Assembly (NCBI GenBank): GCA_951406725.2
Contig: OX597839.1
Coordinates: forward strand, 37,200,001 to 37,264,000
Reading direction: 5' to 3'
DNA from: Octopus vulgaris
Lineage: Eukaryota
Length of the DNA stretch: 64,000 nt
Shown here piece after piece: positions 13,464 through 26,941 of this stretch (its first letter is position 1; each line of letters starts with the position of its first letter). Made by a program: the position numbers and the translations under genes. Below the pieces are notes generated by a model. It searched no databases and was not told the origin of the DNA. It saw nothing but the letters and a program-made list of their open reading frames with translations.

Positions 13464-13879
13464 GTAAGAGACCACAACAACAACCAAAGCATCAAACATC
13501 AACAAGAGTACAAACTACATATACATATGTATAACAAACATACACACACACACGGATATATACATAATACACACGTTCTCTTTCTCTCTCATACACACGC
13601 ACATATACATACATATATACATACCTAAACTCGCACTCTCTCTCTCTCACATACACACACTTTCACATCTGCAAGACCTTAAAATTTAAAGGATAATAAA
13701 CAAAAGACGTTTTCCTTGCAAAGCAGGTGGCCGATCAAAATCGATTCTACTTTGAAAAAGAGAAACACGCACACACACACGTATAACAATTATATCGTGG
13801 TAGAGTCATCGCAGCCAATAAAATATACACACGTACTATCATATTTAATTGGAATTTTTATTGTTTTGTAATACATTAG

Positions 13880-14188
13880 ACATACATACATATACATACA
13901 TATACATACATACATACGTACGTACATACATACATACATACGTACATACATACATACGTACATACGTACATACATACATACATACGTACATATGTACATA
14001 CATACATACATACGTACATATGTACATACATACATACATACGTACATATGTACATACATACGTACGTACATACATACATACATACATACGTACATATGTA
14101 CATACATACATACATACGTACATATGTACATACATACGTACGTACATATGTACATACATACATACATACATACATGCGTACATACATA
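13880..14188. repeat. (TACA/TACG/TATG)n microsatellite
   Basis: Visible tetranucleotide array. Confidence 0.9.
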
Positions 14189-15292
14189 AGGGTAGAGACA
14201 ATGACTGTTTATATAGTCCCGTATTGTCTACAGCAAAGTGAAAGACCCCCATCATCATCATCACTATCCTCATCAGCAAAGTCGCCAACGTTGCTATCTC
14301 CATTCACAGATGACACATCAGCCCCCCCCCCCACTATTTCCTCATATAACTTATCTTTAACAACCGATTGACGGCGCTTAGTAATAATAATGTGGTTTAT
14401 ACATGGCACCGGATTCCGGCCAGAATTATGATATATGTGTGTGTATATATGTAGGTTTATATATGTGCGTGTGTGTGTGTGTGCGGGCTAGTGTCAGTGT
14501 TTATGTGAGTGTACGTATGTATATATGTATGTGTGTGAATCTGTCCGTGCGTGTGTGTGTGTGTGTGTGCGCCTATGTTCGTGTCTGTGTGTGTGTCTGT
14601 CAATGTGTCTTTGTCGGTACATGCATGTCTGTGTCACTGTATGTGTATCAGTGTGTCTGTGTGTCCATGTGTCCATTTATAGTCCAATACTCAACTCCAG
14701 CTGGTACCCTCCCACATAAATCATACATTAACTTGCACATATAACACGTGTCATTGTACAAGTGCAATGGACGCTGTCGTACTACTGCCTTGACAACTAC
14801 TACTACAACCGTAACAGCAAAACTACAACATTACTACACTACACTGCCACAACACTATAATACCACCCACCCCCCTGTAACACTACTACAACACAAAAAC
14901 AAACCACTACAACATAAAACACACTATCACCACACTACCACAACACAAACACAACACTACTACTACACAAACACAACACTACTACTACCCAAACACACCA
15001 CTTCAACACTACCACCCGACAAGGGAAACTGTCGATCATTTGTCCACTGGATCCAAGTTAACCTGGAGCTAAACATCAATAACAATCATTACAAACAAAC
15101 ATTGGAACCACCATGTGGTCTCTCAAACTACTGGAAATAACAGCCAAATTTCTTATCCTCTTTTAAGCTGGAAGTACACATTGAATAGTGTTGTCTTAGA
15201 TTCACGATGCCTTAAAAAACAAAAGATGAGATGGTCGTGGCCAGAATGCTTTTGACTATGGATTTGCTAGATGAGGGTTGGCCGTGGGCTAG

Positions 15293-15326
<34 letters not shown>

Positions 15327-15823
15327 GTGTTGTCATCTCATCTCTATGTTTACCAGTGGAGATGTTTAACGGTATAACAACAACAACAACAATAATAATA
15401 GCAATAGTAATAGTTCTTTCTAATTTTGGGACAAGGCTAGCTATTTTGAGGGAAGGGGCAGTCGATCGCATTAACTCCAGTACTTGATTGGTACTTTCTA
15501 ATCTCAAACGCCAGAAGGATGCAAGGCAGAGTCAACCTTGGCTGAATTTCAACTTGAGGGTGTAAAGCAGTGTTTCTCAACCTTTTTACCCCTGCGTAAC
15601 CCTTAAAATATATTACATGTCTCAAGGGAACCCCTGTACAAAGAAAAACTATATATTATATCTTTCTCATATTTATTTCATTGTAGTTCACGTGGTAAAT
15701 ATTATATATATATATATATATATTTATTCAATATAGGGTGGCAAAAAATTTTGTAGAATTTTTTTGCCACCAGCGGCCTAGTGGGAAAAAATTAAATAGT
15801 CATAGACCATTTATAAGTTCAAC

Positions 15824-16050
15824 ATCACAATCAAGGAACGGCCATAATAGGCCATTCACCCACTAGAAATAACAGCCAAAGCTTCAACCGCAAAATAACA
15901 TTAATTCCGCAAACCAGCAGAAAATTAAAAATTACAGGGTAAATGTTTTTTTAATTTTCTCCTGGTTTGCGGAATTAATGTTATTTTGCGGTTGAAGCTT
16001 TGGCTGTTATTTCTAGTGGGTGAATGGCCTATTATGGCCGTTCCTTGATT

Positions 16051-16055
<5 letters not shown>
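15824..16055. mobile_element. palindromic MITE-like element in TMED intron 1
   Basis: Near-perfect inverted arms of about 107 bp (ATCACAATCAAGGAACGGCC...AATTAAAA / TTTTAATT...GGCCGTTCCTTGATTGTGAT) with a spacer of about 15 bp. Confidence 0.8.
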
Positions 16056-16109
<54 letters not shown>

Positions 16110-16294
16110 GCAGACACAAGAGTGGCTGTAAGGTTAGTAGCTTGCTTACCAACCACATGGTTCTGGGTTCAGTCCCACTGCATGGCACTTTGGGCAAGTG
16201 CCTTCTATAGCCTTGGGCTAACCAAAGCCTTGTGAGTGGATTTGGGAGACAGAAACTGAAAGAATCCCATTGTATATATATATATATATATATA

Positions 16295-16664
16295 CTAGCA
16301 GTATCGCCCGGCGTTGCTCAGGTTTGTAAGGGAAATAACTATAAAGCATTTTTAGAGAGTTATAGCCAAAAAATAGCAAAAAAATGGAAAAAAATTATGG
16401 TAAATTTTTTTTTGAGATTTAAAAAAGGTGGAGTTGCGTCCCCTAGACAGTTTGTGGTTCGTGTTTCTGATTCTCGACCCCATGTCGAATTTATCGATTT
16501 TTTTTCAGAACTGGGGGAACTTTTCAAAATTTTCGCTGCGTTAGTTTTTGAATTATGACATTGGGCTATGTGTGTGTCAAGTTTCATCAGAATCGGTTGA
16601 AAGCCGTGGTCAGAGTGAGGGTACGAGAAAACAGACACACAGACACGCAAACAGACAAACTGCC

Positions 16665-16675
<11 letters not shown>
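16295..16675 (-). mobile_element. non-autonomous Helitron nested in a SINE
   Basis: Reverse-complement copy of the 62014-62383 element, inserted into the (TA)n of a family-A SINE (about 16117-16905). Confidence 0.8.
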
Positions 16676-16699
<24 letters not shown>

Positions 16700-18222
16700 T
16701 GTGTGTCTGTGTTTGTCCTCCCACCAACTGTCACTTGACAACCGATGCTGGTGTGTCTATGTCCCTGTAACTTAGCAGTTCGGCAAAACAGACAAACAGA
16801 ATAAGTACTAGGCTTACAACGAATAAGTCCTGGCGTTGATTTGCTCGACTAAAGGCGGTGCTCCAGCATGGCCGCAGTCAAATGACTGAAACAAGTAAAA
16901 GAATGCATGAAAGGCCAAGCATTTTGCCAGCTCACCACCTTTGCCGCCATCTTAATAATAATAATAATAATCATTATTTTTATGGCAGTGTGGTTAAGAA
17001 ACTCACTCTGTAACCACATGGTTTCAGGTTCAATCACAGAAGGCAAGTGTCTTCTACTATAGCCCTGAACCAATCAATGCCTTGTGAGTGAATCTGGTAG
17101 ACGGAAACTGTGTGGAAGCCCATCATATACGCGTATCAATGTGTGTGACTTTGCCACTCATACATATACACCCACCACTTGATGTAGGCCTCAATGTTGA
17201 GTGTGGGGGCCGTGTGAGAAGATGAATGGGGGCATAACTTCAGCATCACTAGTGATCACTTCAAACACCATGATGTTGGTTGGATGTTTGATTTTTATCA
17301 CTCTTGATACATGTCCTCAGATTGATACCCAAACACTTATGCCAAACATGAATGCCAAGCAGTACAATATGTCATTTCCAAATTTCTGGCAGACTGAATT
17401 GCATCATGGTGCTGTTTTTCTCACAGGCGGTGCCCAACTGACCCTACTATACTGAGTAGTCGACAAAATCAAAAACAAATAATGCACGTGCACAAAATTA
17501 AAAATATAAAATGGCTACAATTTACCCATCGCACCCTATATATTTGAACACACATACATATATGTTCACATAAATACATATATACATACACACACATGCA
17601 CATATACACAAACACTCATGTGGTTGTGTATCATGTTGTTGTTATTCTCCTGCCATAAACCTTTCTCTCCTTATCTCTATTCTCCTATAAAGTTGTTCTC
17701 TCCCACCGTTACAAGCTCCTTTGTATAAATCACCCTCACCTGAATCATCACAGCACAAACAGCTGTCATATTTGCCATTATATTTCTCAGCAACACCTTA
17801 CACACTGCAATTAGATAAAGAGGATGGCAGTTGATGAATTGGGGGAGGGGGTCCTTCATTAAGCCCGCAGGGGAGGGGGCTTCTTTTAACCCTAGTTCTT
17901 CCTGACCCATCTGACCTGTAATCCAAAAGCATTCCAATGCTGAACACCTTGACTTATATATTCAGACTACATTATCTAATGTGCCCCTTCTTGTTGGCTT
18001 TTTATCACTGCAGCCCTATGATCAAAAATGTCCCGTTTGTGACCATCCCTTAGATGCATGTATAGCTGAGTGGTTAAACAGCCCACTTTGCACCCATGTG
18101 GTTTCAGATCCAGTCCCACCATGTGGCACCTTGGGCAAGAGTCTTCTACTATAGCCCAAGGACCACCAATGCCTTGTGAATGATTTGGTAGATGGGAACA
18201 TAATGGAAGCTCACCGCATATG

Positions 18223-18296
<74 letters not shown>

Positions 18297-20041
18297 GTAT
18301 ATGCGTCCTTTGCTGTTTGACAATCAGTGTTGGTTTGTTTGTATCTCAGTAACTTAGGGATTAAGCAAAAGAGACCAACAGAATAAGAACCAGATTTTTT
18401 TAAATAAAAGTACTGCAGTCAAATTCTTCAACAAAGCCATTCGAGTTGGTGCTCCAGTATGACCACAGTCCAATGACTGGGTAAAATTAAAAGAGATAAA
18501 GACCCCCATCTCATAATGAAATGCATTAAACCTAGGGCTACATTATTTAATGCGTTCTATATTATTATTTAGCTCACATCAGGCCTGCTCCAGCAGACAT
18601 CTGATCAAAGACGTTCCAGCCATGCCTAACATGTATTATAATTAGACATAGTATAATGATGAAAGACCGAGACCTCTGGAGATATGCTGTGATTGAGAAG
18701 ACCTGGCAAATAAAGTGAGTTCACAGCTGCAACCTACACCAGCATCGCATAACCAGCCCACTCAAAAAGTACCTTGGATTGTAGGGTGAAATGCTGTGCT
18801 TGAGGAGACCCATTGAGTCAAGTACCTCAAAATCAAATCAAAAGGAAATTGTAGTTGTGATTCCTGTGCCGGTGGCACATAAAAAGCAGACAGACAGACA
18901 GACAGAGACAGACAGACAGACAGATAGATAGATACACGTGCACACAGCCATGATATGAGGATAACTAGATATCTTGATTCTGTTCCTTCAACAGAAATCC
19001 ATGGGGCATTCTTTCTTCTTGTCCCCACCCCAGCTTCTGAAGCTTAGGATCATGTCACTTTCCCATTTTCAAGAGGCTGAGTGAAAGTTTGGCTGTTATT
19101 TCTAGCAGATGGAGCTAGAACCACACAGAGGCTCACTCCCTGACTATCTTGTTGCAACAAGGCAGGGTTTGTGCTGTTCCTGCAATTTTACACAATCTAA
19201 TTAAACTGAATTAGCTTTAGCCAGGAATTGAAACTGGGCCTTTGGATTCTCATAATCACCACCATATATCATATCAATGCAAACTGACTGAAATAGACAG
19301 CTTCCACCCCAAGCTGACACATTCCCTACACAAAAGATAATATACAAAGCTTTGTATATAGAGAAATAATATATGCAGCCCTTTATATACACAGACAATA
19401 TACACAGTCCCTATCTACCTTATGGGACTCACCATATTATTAATAACAACTGCATTATTTCACATATGTTGTCATATTAAGATTGTCATTGAAATGGCTT
19501 CTTTTTTGTAATCTCTGACTAAGTGCTTTTTTCTGAAGATAAGTGCTTTGTACATGAAAAACACATCCACAGCACACCTGCCACTTTTCCCATTGAATGC
19601 CCATACTTATTAGTATGTTACTGTTTACATGTTGTTGTTGTTGTTGTTGCTGCTGCTGCTGCTGTTCTTGTTCTTGTTATTATCATTGTTGTATAGCTAC
19701 CATTGATATTTATTTCCATTAAACAAAACTCATTATTGTCGGAACAATTTTAATTGGAAAAAAAAAAAAAACCCCCAGAAAAAACACGTCTCCTAAATTA
19801 TTTCTATGTTGGCATCATTGTTGTTACAGTCAGTTTGTGAGTCAATTTGTAACATGTGGCTGTTACAATCATCCATCAACTGTTGCCTTGTAACATGTTA
19901 CACTCACCTCCATTGTCTACTGTCACATGTTACATGTAACATGTCACTGATACAACCATTGTGCCAAATTTTGAAACCGATAAAACACATTGGGTTAAAA
20001 TCCCCATAAATATATTTATTCTTTTGTACTTTATTTTCCAG

Positions 20042-20159
20042 GTTTTAAGAGGTGGTGATAAAAATATTGATTTCTTTTTTCGAAGACCTCAAGGTGATAT
20101 AGCATACAGCCAGTTGTGGCAAAGCAGAGGAACATATTCCCAAGAAGAATCAAAAGAAG
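20042..20159 (+). CDS. p24/TMED exon 2
   Basis: ttttccag|VLRGGDKNIDFFFRRPQGDIAYSQLWQSRGTYSQEESKE(G)|gtacc. 118 nt, phase 0 to 1; GG..IDF GOLD motif. Confidence 0.9.
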
Positions 20160-20391
20160 GTACCAACTTCTATCTCACTTTTTCAGCTTTTTTTCGTTTG
20201 TTTGTTTTTGTTTGAGGTCTTAATTGCTTGGGAAAAGACTCGACCTGAGATTATGTGTCAAGACTGAAACAATTTAATCTTTTACTCCTTTACTTGTTTC
20301 AGTCATTTGACTGTGGCCATGCTGAAGCACTGGGGTCGATGTAATTGACTTGTCCCCTCCCACCAAATTTCAGGCCTTGTGCTCATAACAG

Positions 20392-20429
<38 letters not shown>

Positions 20430-20456
20430 CATTATTATTTAATTTTTCGATTGTAG

Positions 20457-20602
20457 GAGTACATGAAATATGCTTTGATAACAGCTACAGTCATTTCTCC
20501 TCCAAACTTGTGAATTTCTACTTCTCTGCTTATATACATGGTGAAATATTAGAATATTTAGAAAACCTTCAGCAAGTGGGTGTCGCTGTGGCTAATATTT
20601 CG
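20457..20602 (+). CDS. p24/TMED exon 3
   Basis: ttgtag|(G)VHEICFDNSYSHFSSKLVNFYFSAYIHGEILEYLENLQQVGVAVANIS|gtaagt. 146 nt, phase 1 to 0; hallmark CFDN.YS..S.K.V.F. Confidence 0.93.
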
Positions 20603-22390
20603 GTAAGTCAAACTGCAATATCCCTTCACTAAAAACACCACCACTCTCATCATTATTCAACTAATAAAGGAACCATTGCATGGTCACTTAATCTGCTAAA
20701 GACAATAACTAAATTTCCCTCAAACTACACCTAACCTTCTAATCTTTATTTAAAAAAAAAAAAAAAAAAGAGGACAAGGTCACATTAGATAATATAATCC
20801 AGGGTAAACATATACTATATCATCATCATCATCATTTAATGTCTGTTTTCCATGCTAGCATGGGTTGGACAGTTCGACTGGGAGTCTGGGAAGCCAGGAG
20901 GCTGCACCAGGCTCCAGTCTTATCTGGCAGAGTTTCTGCAGCTGGCTGCCCTTCCTAACGCCAACCACTCCATGAGTGTAGTGGGTGCTTTTTATGTGCC
21001 ACCAGCACAGGGGCCAGAGGAGGCTGGAAGCATCCATGATTGGTTGGTGCCTTTTTACATGCCACCGGCACGGACACCAGTCAAGGCAGCGTTGACATCA
21101 GCCATGTCCACATGGTGTTTCTATGTGCCACTGGCACAGGTATCACAGCTACAATTTCCATTTGATTTTGATATTGATGTACTTGACTCAATAAGTCTCC
21201 TCAAGCACAGCAGGCTGCCCTATGATCCAAGGTAAGCACAGAAAATACGTGCCAAAAAATATGGATAGTCATAGCAGTGATTGTTGCCAGAGCAGCTGAC
21301 TGGCTTCCGTGTTGGTGGTATGTAAAAAGCACCATTCGAGTGTGATCGTTACCAGTGTTGCCTTACTGGCATGTGAAAAAACATTCAAGCAAGGTTGTTG
21401 CCAGTGCCGCTGGACTGGCTCCTGTGCAGGTGGCACGTAAAAAACACCATTTGAGTGTGGCCGTTGCCAGTACCGCTTGACTGGCCCTCATGCCGGTGGC
21501 ACGTAAAAACACTCAGTACAATCTCGGAGTGGTTAGTGTTGGGAAGGGCATCCAGCTGTAGAAACTCTGCCAGATCAGATTGGAGCCTGGTGTAGCCATC
21601 TGGTTCGCCAGTCCTCAGTCAAATTGTCCAACCCATGCTAGCATGGAAAACGGACGTTAAATGATGATGATGATGATGATTTAAGCTGATACATAACATA
21701 GAATACTGGTGGAAGATTTTGAATTTGTGTTACTTTGAAACAAGGAATTTGTATCATAGAACTGAAGACAGAGCTCAGATGGGTCGGTTATTGAAAGAAG
21801 TAAACAACTCTTCTTTTCTACATCAACAAATGTACATCTATATATATTATGGATACATGACAGTGGGGTTAAAATTTCACTGTGTAACTATCTTGCCTCT
21901 GGCTTCATACCACCATGCACTACCTTGCGTATGTTTCTTCGACCATGGCTTTGGTTTGACTGAAGACTTGTGGAGAAAAATAAGGTGAATAGAAATGTGC
22001 ACAAGCCACACACACACATAATGAGAGTTACAGAGTTATACAGGCAGAAGTATCTGTTAGTATGTATGTCAGTGTGGTTACATGCGTAGTAAGGCTATGA
22101 ACAAAGTAAGAAAAAAACTCAGTACCTAAGATAGAGTAACTATTTAATATAATAGTTATAATTACAGCTTACAACATTACTCAGTTCCATGCCCTTGCTT
22201 CTAAACAATCCCCAGAAATATAATATAGTTCAATCCCCCATGCAGTGTAAATGTTATAACAAATAAAGATATTTTTTATCAGTGATAAGAATACATTTTC
22301 CCACTTCACCTAAAATTTTCAATACAAATTCTGTTAAAGTGTGCTGCAAGTTGTTTAAACATATATAATGATTCTCTTGTATTTTTCTAG

Positions 22391-22624
22391 GTTTATCTTG
22401 AGAACGTCCATGGTCACATTCGACAGTCTTTAGCTGATATAATAACAAGTCGTTCCCATTCTTTAGTGGATTTTTACAATGTTTCAGAAAACAACAGCCG
22501 TGTTCAGTATTGGTCTATATTACAATGCATTGTCATTATTTCTACATCATGTCTCCAAATCTTCTTCGTACGACGTTTATTCCAAACCAAAGATGTCACT
22601 CCTTCCATGAAACCAAGAGCCTAA
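22391..22624 (+). CDS. p24/TMED exon 4 (coiled coil, TM helix, cytosolic tail)
   Basis: tttttctag|VYLENVHGHIRQSLADIITSRSHSLVDFYNVSENNSRVQYWSILQCIVIISTSCLQIFFVRRLFQTKDVTPSMKPRA*. N..RV..WS and Q....RLF are p24 hallmarks, and the KPRA tail is TMED6-like. This exon is absent from the ORF track. Confidence 0.92.
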   Translation, partial: VYLENVHGHIRQSLADIITSRSHSLVDFYNVSENNSRVQYWSILQCIVIISTSCLQIFFVRRLFQTKDVTPSMKPRA

Positions 22625-22628
22625 TAAA
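22623..22628 (+). promoter_or_regulatory. candidate polyadenylation signal overlapping the TMED stop codon
   Basis: TAATAAA at the stop codon, followed by T/GT-rich sequence. Confidence 0.4.
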
Positions 22629-25576
22629 TTTATTGTTTAATATTTTTCCCATTATTGTTTCTTCCTTCATTTCAGTTGTTTATCTCATAAACATTTCAGT
22701 GCCTTATATTTAATTTTGGAAATGTACTTGCCTGGCAAATGATTTCATTTGAGACTCTTTTTTTTTTTTTTTTTTTACTTGTTTCAGTCATTTGACTGCG
22801 GCCATGCTGGAGCACCGCCTTTAGTCGAGCAAATCGACCCCGAGACTTATTCTTTGTAAGCCCAGTACTTATTATATCGGTCTCTTTTGCCGAACTGCTA
22901 AGTGACAGGGACGTAAACACACACCAGCATCGGTTGTCAAGCAATGCTAGGGGGACAAACACAGACACACAAACACACACACGCATACATTTATATATAT
23001 ATATATATATATACGACAGGCTTCTTTCAGTTTCCGTCTACCAAATCCACTCACAAGGCATTGGTCGGCCCGGGGCTATAGCAGAAGACACTCGCCCAAG
23101 ATGCCACGCAGTGGGATTGAACCCAGAACCATGTGGTTGGTTAGCAAGCTACTTACCACACAGCCACTCCTGCGCCTATGTATTAAGACTGTGTCTTGAA
23201 ACTAAAACAATTATAATTGGCAGACTCGTATTAGACCTTAAAACACACACAAAAACTGCTGCCTTCGCTTAAATATTTATTATTTATCATTTGGTGCAAC
23301 AAAAATTTTGACACCAAATAATAAACATTTGAGCGAAGTCAACAGGTTTTGTGTTTTTCAATGCTTAATATGTGTCTTCCATGTTGATTAGAGATAGAGA
23401 ATGAGTTGGATATGGAGAATACCAGTTCAGTGGAAGGGAGACGAAGGAAGGAAATAGGGTAACAGAACAGGTTGATGGAAGAATGAGCATTAGAAGAGGA
23501 GTTGTGGAGGAAGGTTTAACAGCATTTCAATTGTGCTAAGATGGATGGGTCTTCTCAAGCAGAGCACATCACCATTCATCTCAATCCCCCATTCCTCCAT
23601 CACATATATGAGAATAAATCTGTCTTTGACAGCTCAGAAGAAGGAATAAGTACCAGGCTCAGAAAAAAAAGTACTAGGGTCGATTCATTTGACTAAAAAT
23701 TTTTCAAGTCAGTGCTCCAGCATGACCGTAGTCTAATGACTGAAACGAGTGAAAGATATGAAAGCAGAAAATTTGCTGTCGTTTGGGAGAAATTGTAATC
23801 CCTATAATTGAAAAAAAATGAGAATCCAAAGAAATTTTGAAAATAAAAAGAAAAAAGAAAGATTGAAAACCTGGTTGGGTGTGTGTTTGAAACATTTGCT
23901 GAACATTGTCATGTCTCGACCGACTGAAACTAAATATAAAACCACAGCAACGACTGAAGGTTTTAAAGTTCAAATAGGAAATTTCTTTTTTGTGGGGATG
24001 AAAAAATATTGGTGTCAACGTGATGTTATGTAGTCAGGTTTAGCAGGTGTTTTATTTACCTGCTGTCCTTATCCTGTCCCTGTAAATACAACAAACTTGT
24101 CAAACATCTCTGCCTTGAACTCATAACCTACAATATTTTTGGAAAATATCTAAACGAGAAAATAATACATTTCTGGGCGCCAAATTATTTGTTCTTAAAG
24201 TCTTGGAAATTCCTTTCCAATGACATTTCTTTTTTACCTTCTTTCACATCTCATCAAATATTTACTGTGAAGAGCAGGTGATTGGCTAGATACCTGAGCC
24301 CTTGGACAAACAGTAGAGAGTACATCACCATCATTTTTTTTAATGTTCATCTTCCATGAAATTGCTGGCCTTGTGCCAAAATTTGAAATCAATATTAAGT
24401 TACCTAGAAATGAATAAAATAAGATTCATTATTTTTCTCAACAGAGATGCCCTGCCTCTCAGTTTGACAAGAACCAACAGTGTCCATTTCATCATGGCTT
24501 CTACAGCTGGATGCCCTTCTTACAGAGTATATTGGGTGCCTTTTTCATGGCACCATCACTACTGAGATCATCATACAGCTCACAAGACTAAGATTCTCTT
24601 GAGTGGGACCATAATGGAAAGGAAGACGGTGTTATGCTAGGATATGAAAGGTTAAATTATGAAAGAAGGGGCCAGAACGAAATAGACATTGATCAACTGG
24701 TACTTATTTTATTGATCTCAAATGGATGAAAGGCAAAGTTCACCTTGACAAAATTTGAACCATAAAGAGGGAGAAGAAATGCCATTAAGCATTTGGTCCA
24801 ACGTGTATCAGTTCACCATTTTAATCCATGCATGTCTCTTTTAAATTCATTCATGATAACATTAAGGTATGCAAATAAAGCTCATATTTCATTATGCCAG
24901 CTACCAGCTAATGATACTGACTAGGGAGTCAGATTTTCAGGGTTGCATCATGGTTGCACTGATATAATGTAGGATAAATACAATATTAACAACAATAATT
25001 CTAGGATGGCATCTATAAATATTAATACATCACTATGCACATTTCCATAAATCATATGACTTTAACATCAGACTCCATATCCTTGCAATGTATTAAATAT
25101 TTATAAATTCCATCGTAGAATTATTATTATTATTATATAGATATATATATACATATATATACATATATGGAAATTGCAGATGTGTTACCAGTGCCGGTGG
25201 CATGTCGAAACTCTACATGTGAAGACCTGTTGAGGCAAGTGAGGATCAGAATCGAAATCGATCAATGGAAATTGCAGATGTGTTACCAGTGCCGGTGGCA
25301 TGTAAGAGAACCTTCCGTTACGTGACCGTTGCCAGCACCGCCCCGACTGGCCTCATGCCGGTGGCACATAAAAAGCACCATCCGTTCGTGGCCATTTGCC
25401 AGCTCTGTCTGGCACCTGTGCGGGTGGCACATAAAAAGCACCCACTACACTCACGGAGTGGTTGGCGTTAGGAAGGGCATCCAGCCGTAGAAACACTGCC
25501 AGATCTGACTGGGCCTGATGAAGCCTTCTGGCTTCACAGACCCCAGTAGAACATGATGATGATGATATATACATAT

Positions 25577-25749
25577 ATATAATATTTGTAAACAAACCAG
25601 AAGGCTTTTGTAAGTTATGGAGATAGAGTGACTATGGAAGTCTATTATGAGATATCATTATATAGTTATTATTGTACCAATAGACTTCCATAGTTGCTCT
25701 GTCTCTGTAACTTACAAAAAAGCCTTCTGGTTTGTATACAAATATTATA
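25577..25749. mobile_element. MITE-like inverted repeat
   Basis: Imperfect arms of about 70 bp (TATAATATTTGTAAACAAACCAGAAGGC... / ...GCCTTCTGGTTTGTATACAAATATTATA) with TA-rich ends. Confidence 0.7.
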
Positions 25750-26180
25750 AGAAGTATTGGACAGTTAAAGAATATATTCATAAAATTTGACTGAAATTGT
25801 GGGGTGAGCGTTTGGTCAACCACGACAGCATTTGAACTCACAACATATGGTTACCTAACCAAACATTATAATAAAAACTGTTATGTGACAGACACAATAC
25901 ACAACTGACTTTTGAGGTAGGGGGTGAGAGATAAGAAGTAGGGTAGAGTCAATTGTAAAGAGAAAGACGGGGGTGGAGTAGAAACGGTGGTTGAGTCCAT
26001 TACGACAGAGATGGGGGAGGGACAAGTTGCAGACAAGAACTCACAAAAGAGAGAGGGTGGGAACATAACCAATAATGCCATAATGATCAAGGGGTGCCAG
26101 AGTAAAACATCAACAACCAAGGCAAATGCATTGGCAGAACCAAACTGACAGGTTTTATAAAAAGATCTTTATTTACTTCC

Positions 26181-26274
<94 letters not shown>

Positions 26275-26554
26275 CACACACACATGCACAAAGTGGTGCT
26301 CTAGCATGGCCTTGGCTAAAACAAACTTAAGAACATAAAGGTCTATATTATCTATATCCTCTCCCTCCATCCCTGGCCCCCACTGCTAAACAAATCATGT
26401 ATACCTGTTCCTAAATAGGTGAGCAAATATACTGACAACAGAGACTATATGTGGTTACTATACCCACTAGAAATAACAACCAAATGCCCCCTTTGGTTAA
26501 ATACTAAGAAAAAAGAGGGGAGGAGGATACATTTGTAATTTAGTCCTAGATATA

Positions 26555-26941
26555 TCTTTATATATAAAAGACAGGTTGTGTGTCTGTCTCCTACGATTTA
26601 GATTCCTAACTACTCCCACATTTTGCGGTGCAGTTTAACCAAAACCGGATATCTTATAGTCGTGATTCATATCGAGCCCTTCTGGGTATTAGCGCACGTC
26701 TACGATTTAAAAAAAAATTTACCATCATTATTTTCCATTTTAATGCATTTTTTCGCTATTATATAAGGGAAGTAACTCTCTAAAAATGTCTACGATGAGT
26801 CAACGATTTAAAAAAAAATTTACCATCATTTTTTTTCCATTTTTAATGCATTTTTTGGCTATTATTTGGCTATAACTCTCTAAAAATGCTTATATAGTTA
26901 TTTCCCTTACAAACCCGAGCAACGCCGGGCGATACTGCTAG
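26555..26941 (+). mobile_element. non-autonomous Helitron (same 3' end, different 5' half)
   Basis: A|TCTTTATATATAAAAG start; 3' end CCCTTACAAACCCGAGCAACGCCGGGCGATACTGCTAG|T is identical to the other copies; short internal duplication. Confidence 0.78.

Noticed and set aside
19201-19330. Exon-like segment antisense within TMED intron 1
   Set aside because: The acceptor is plausible but the frames are short, with no recognisable protein and no partner exons.
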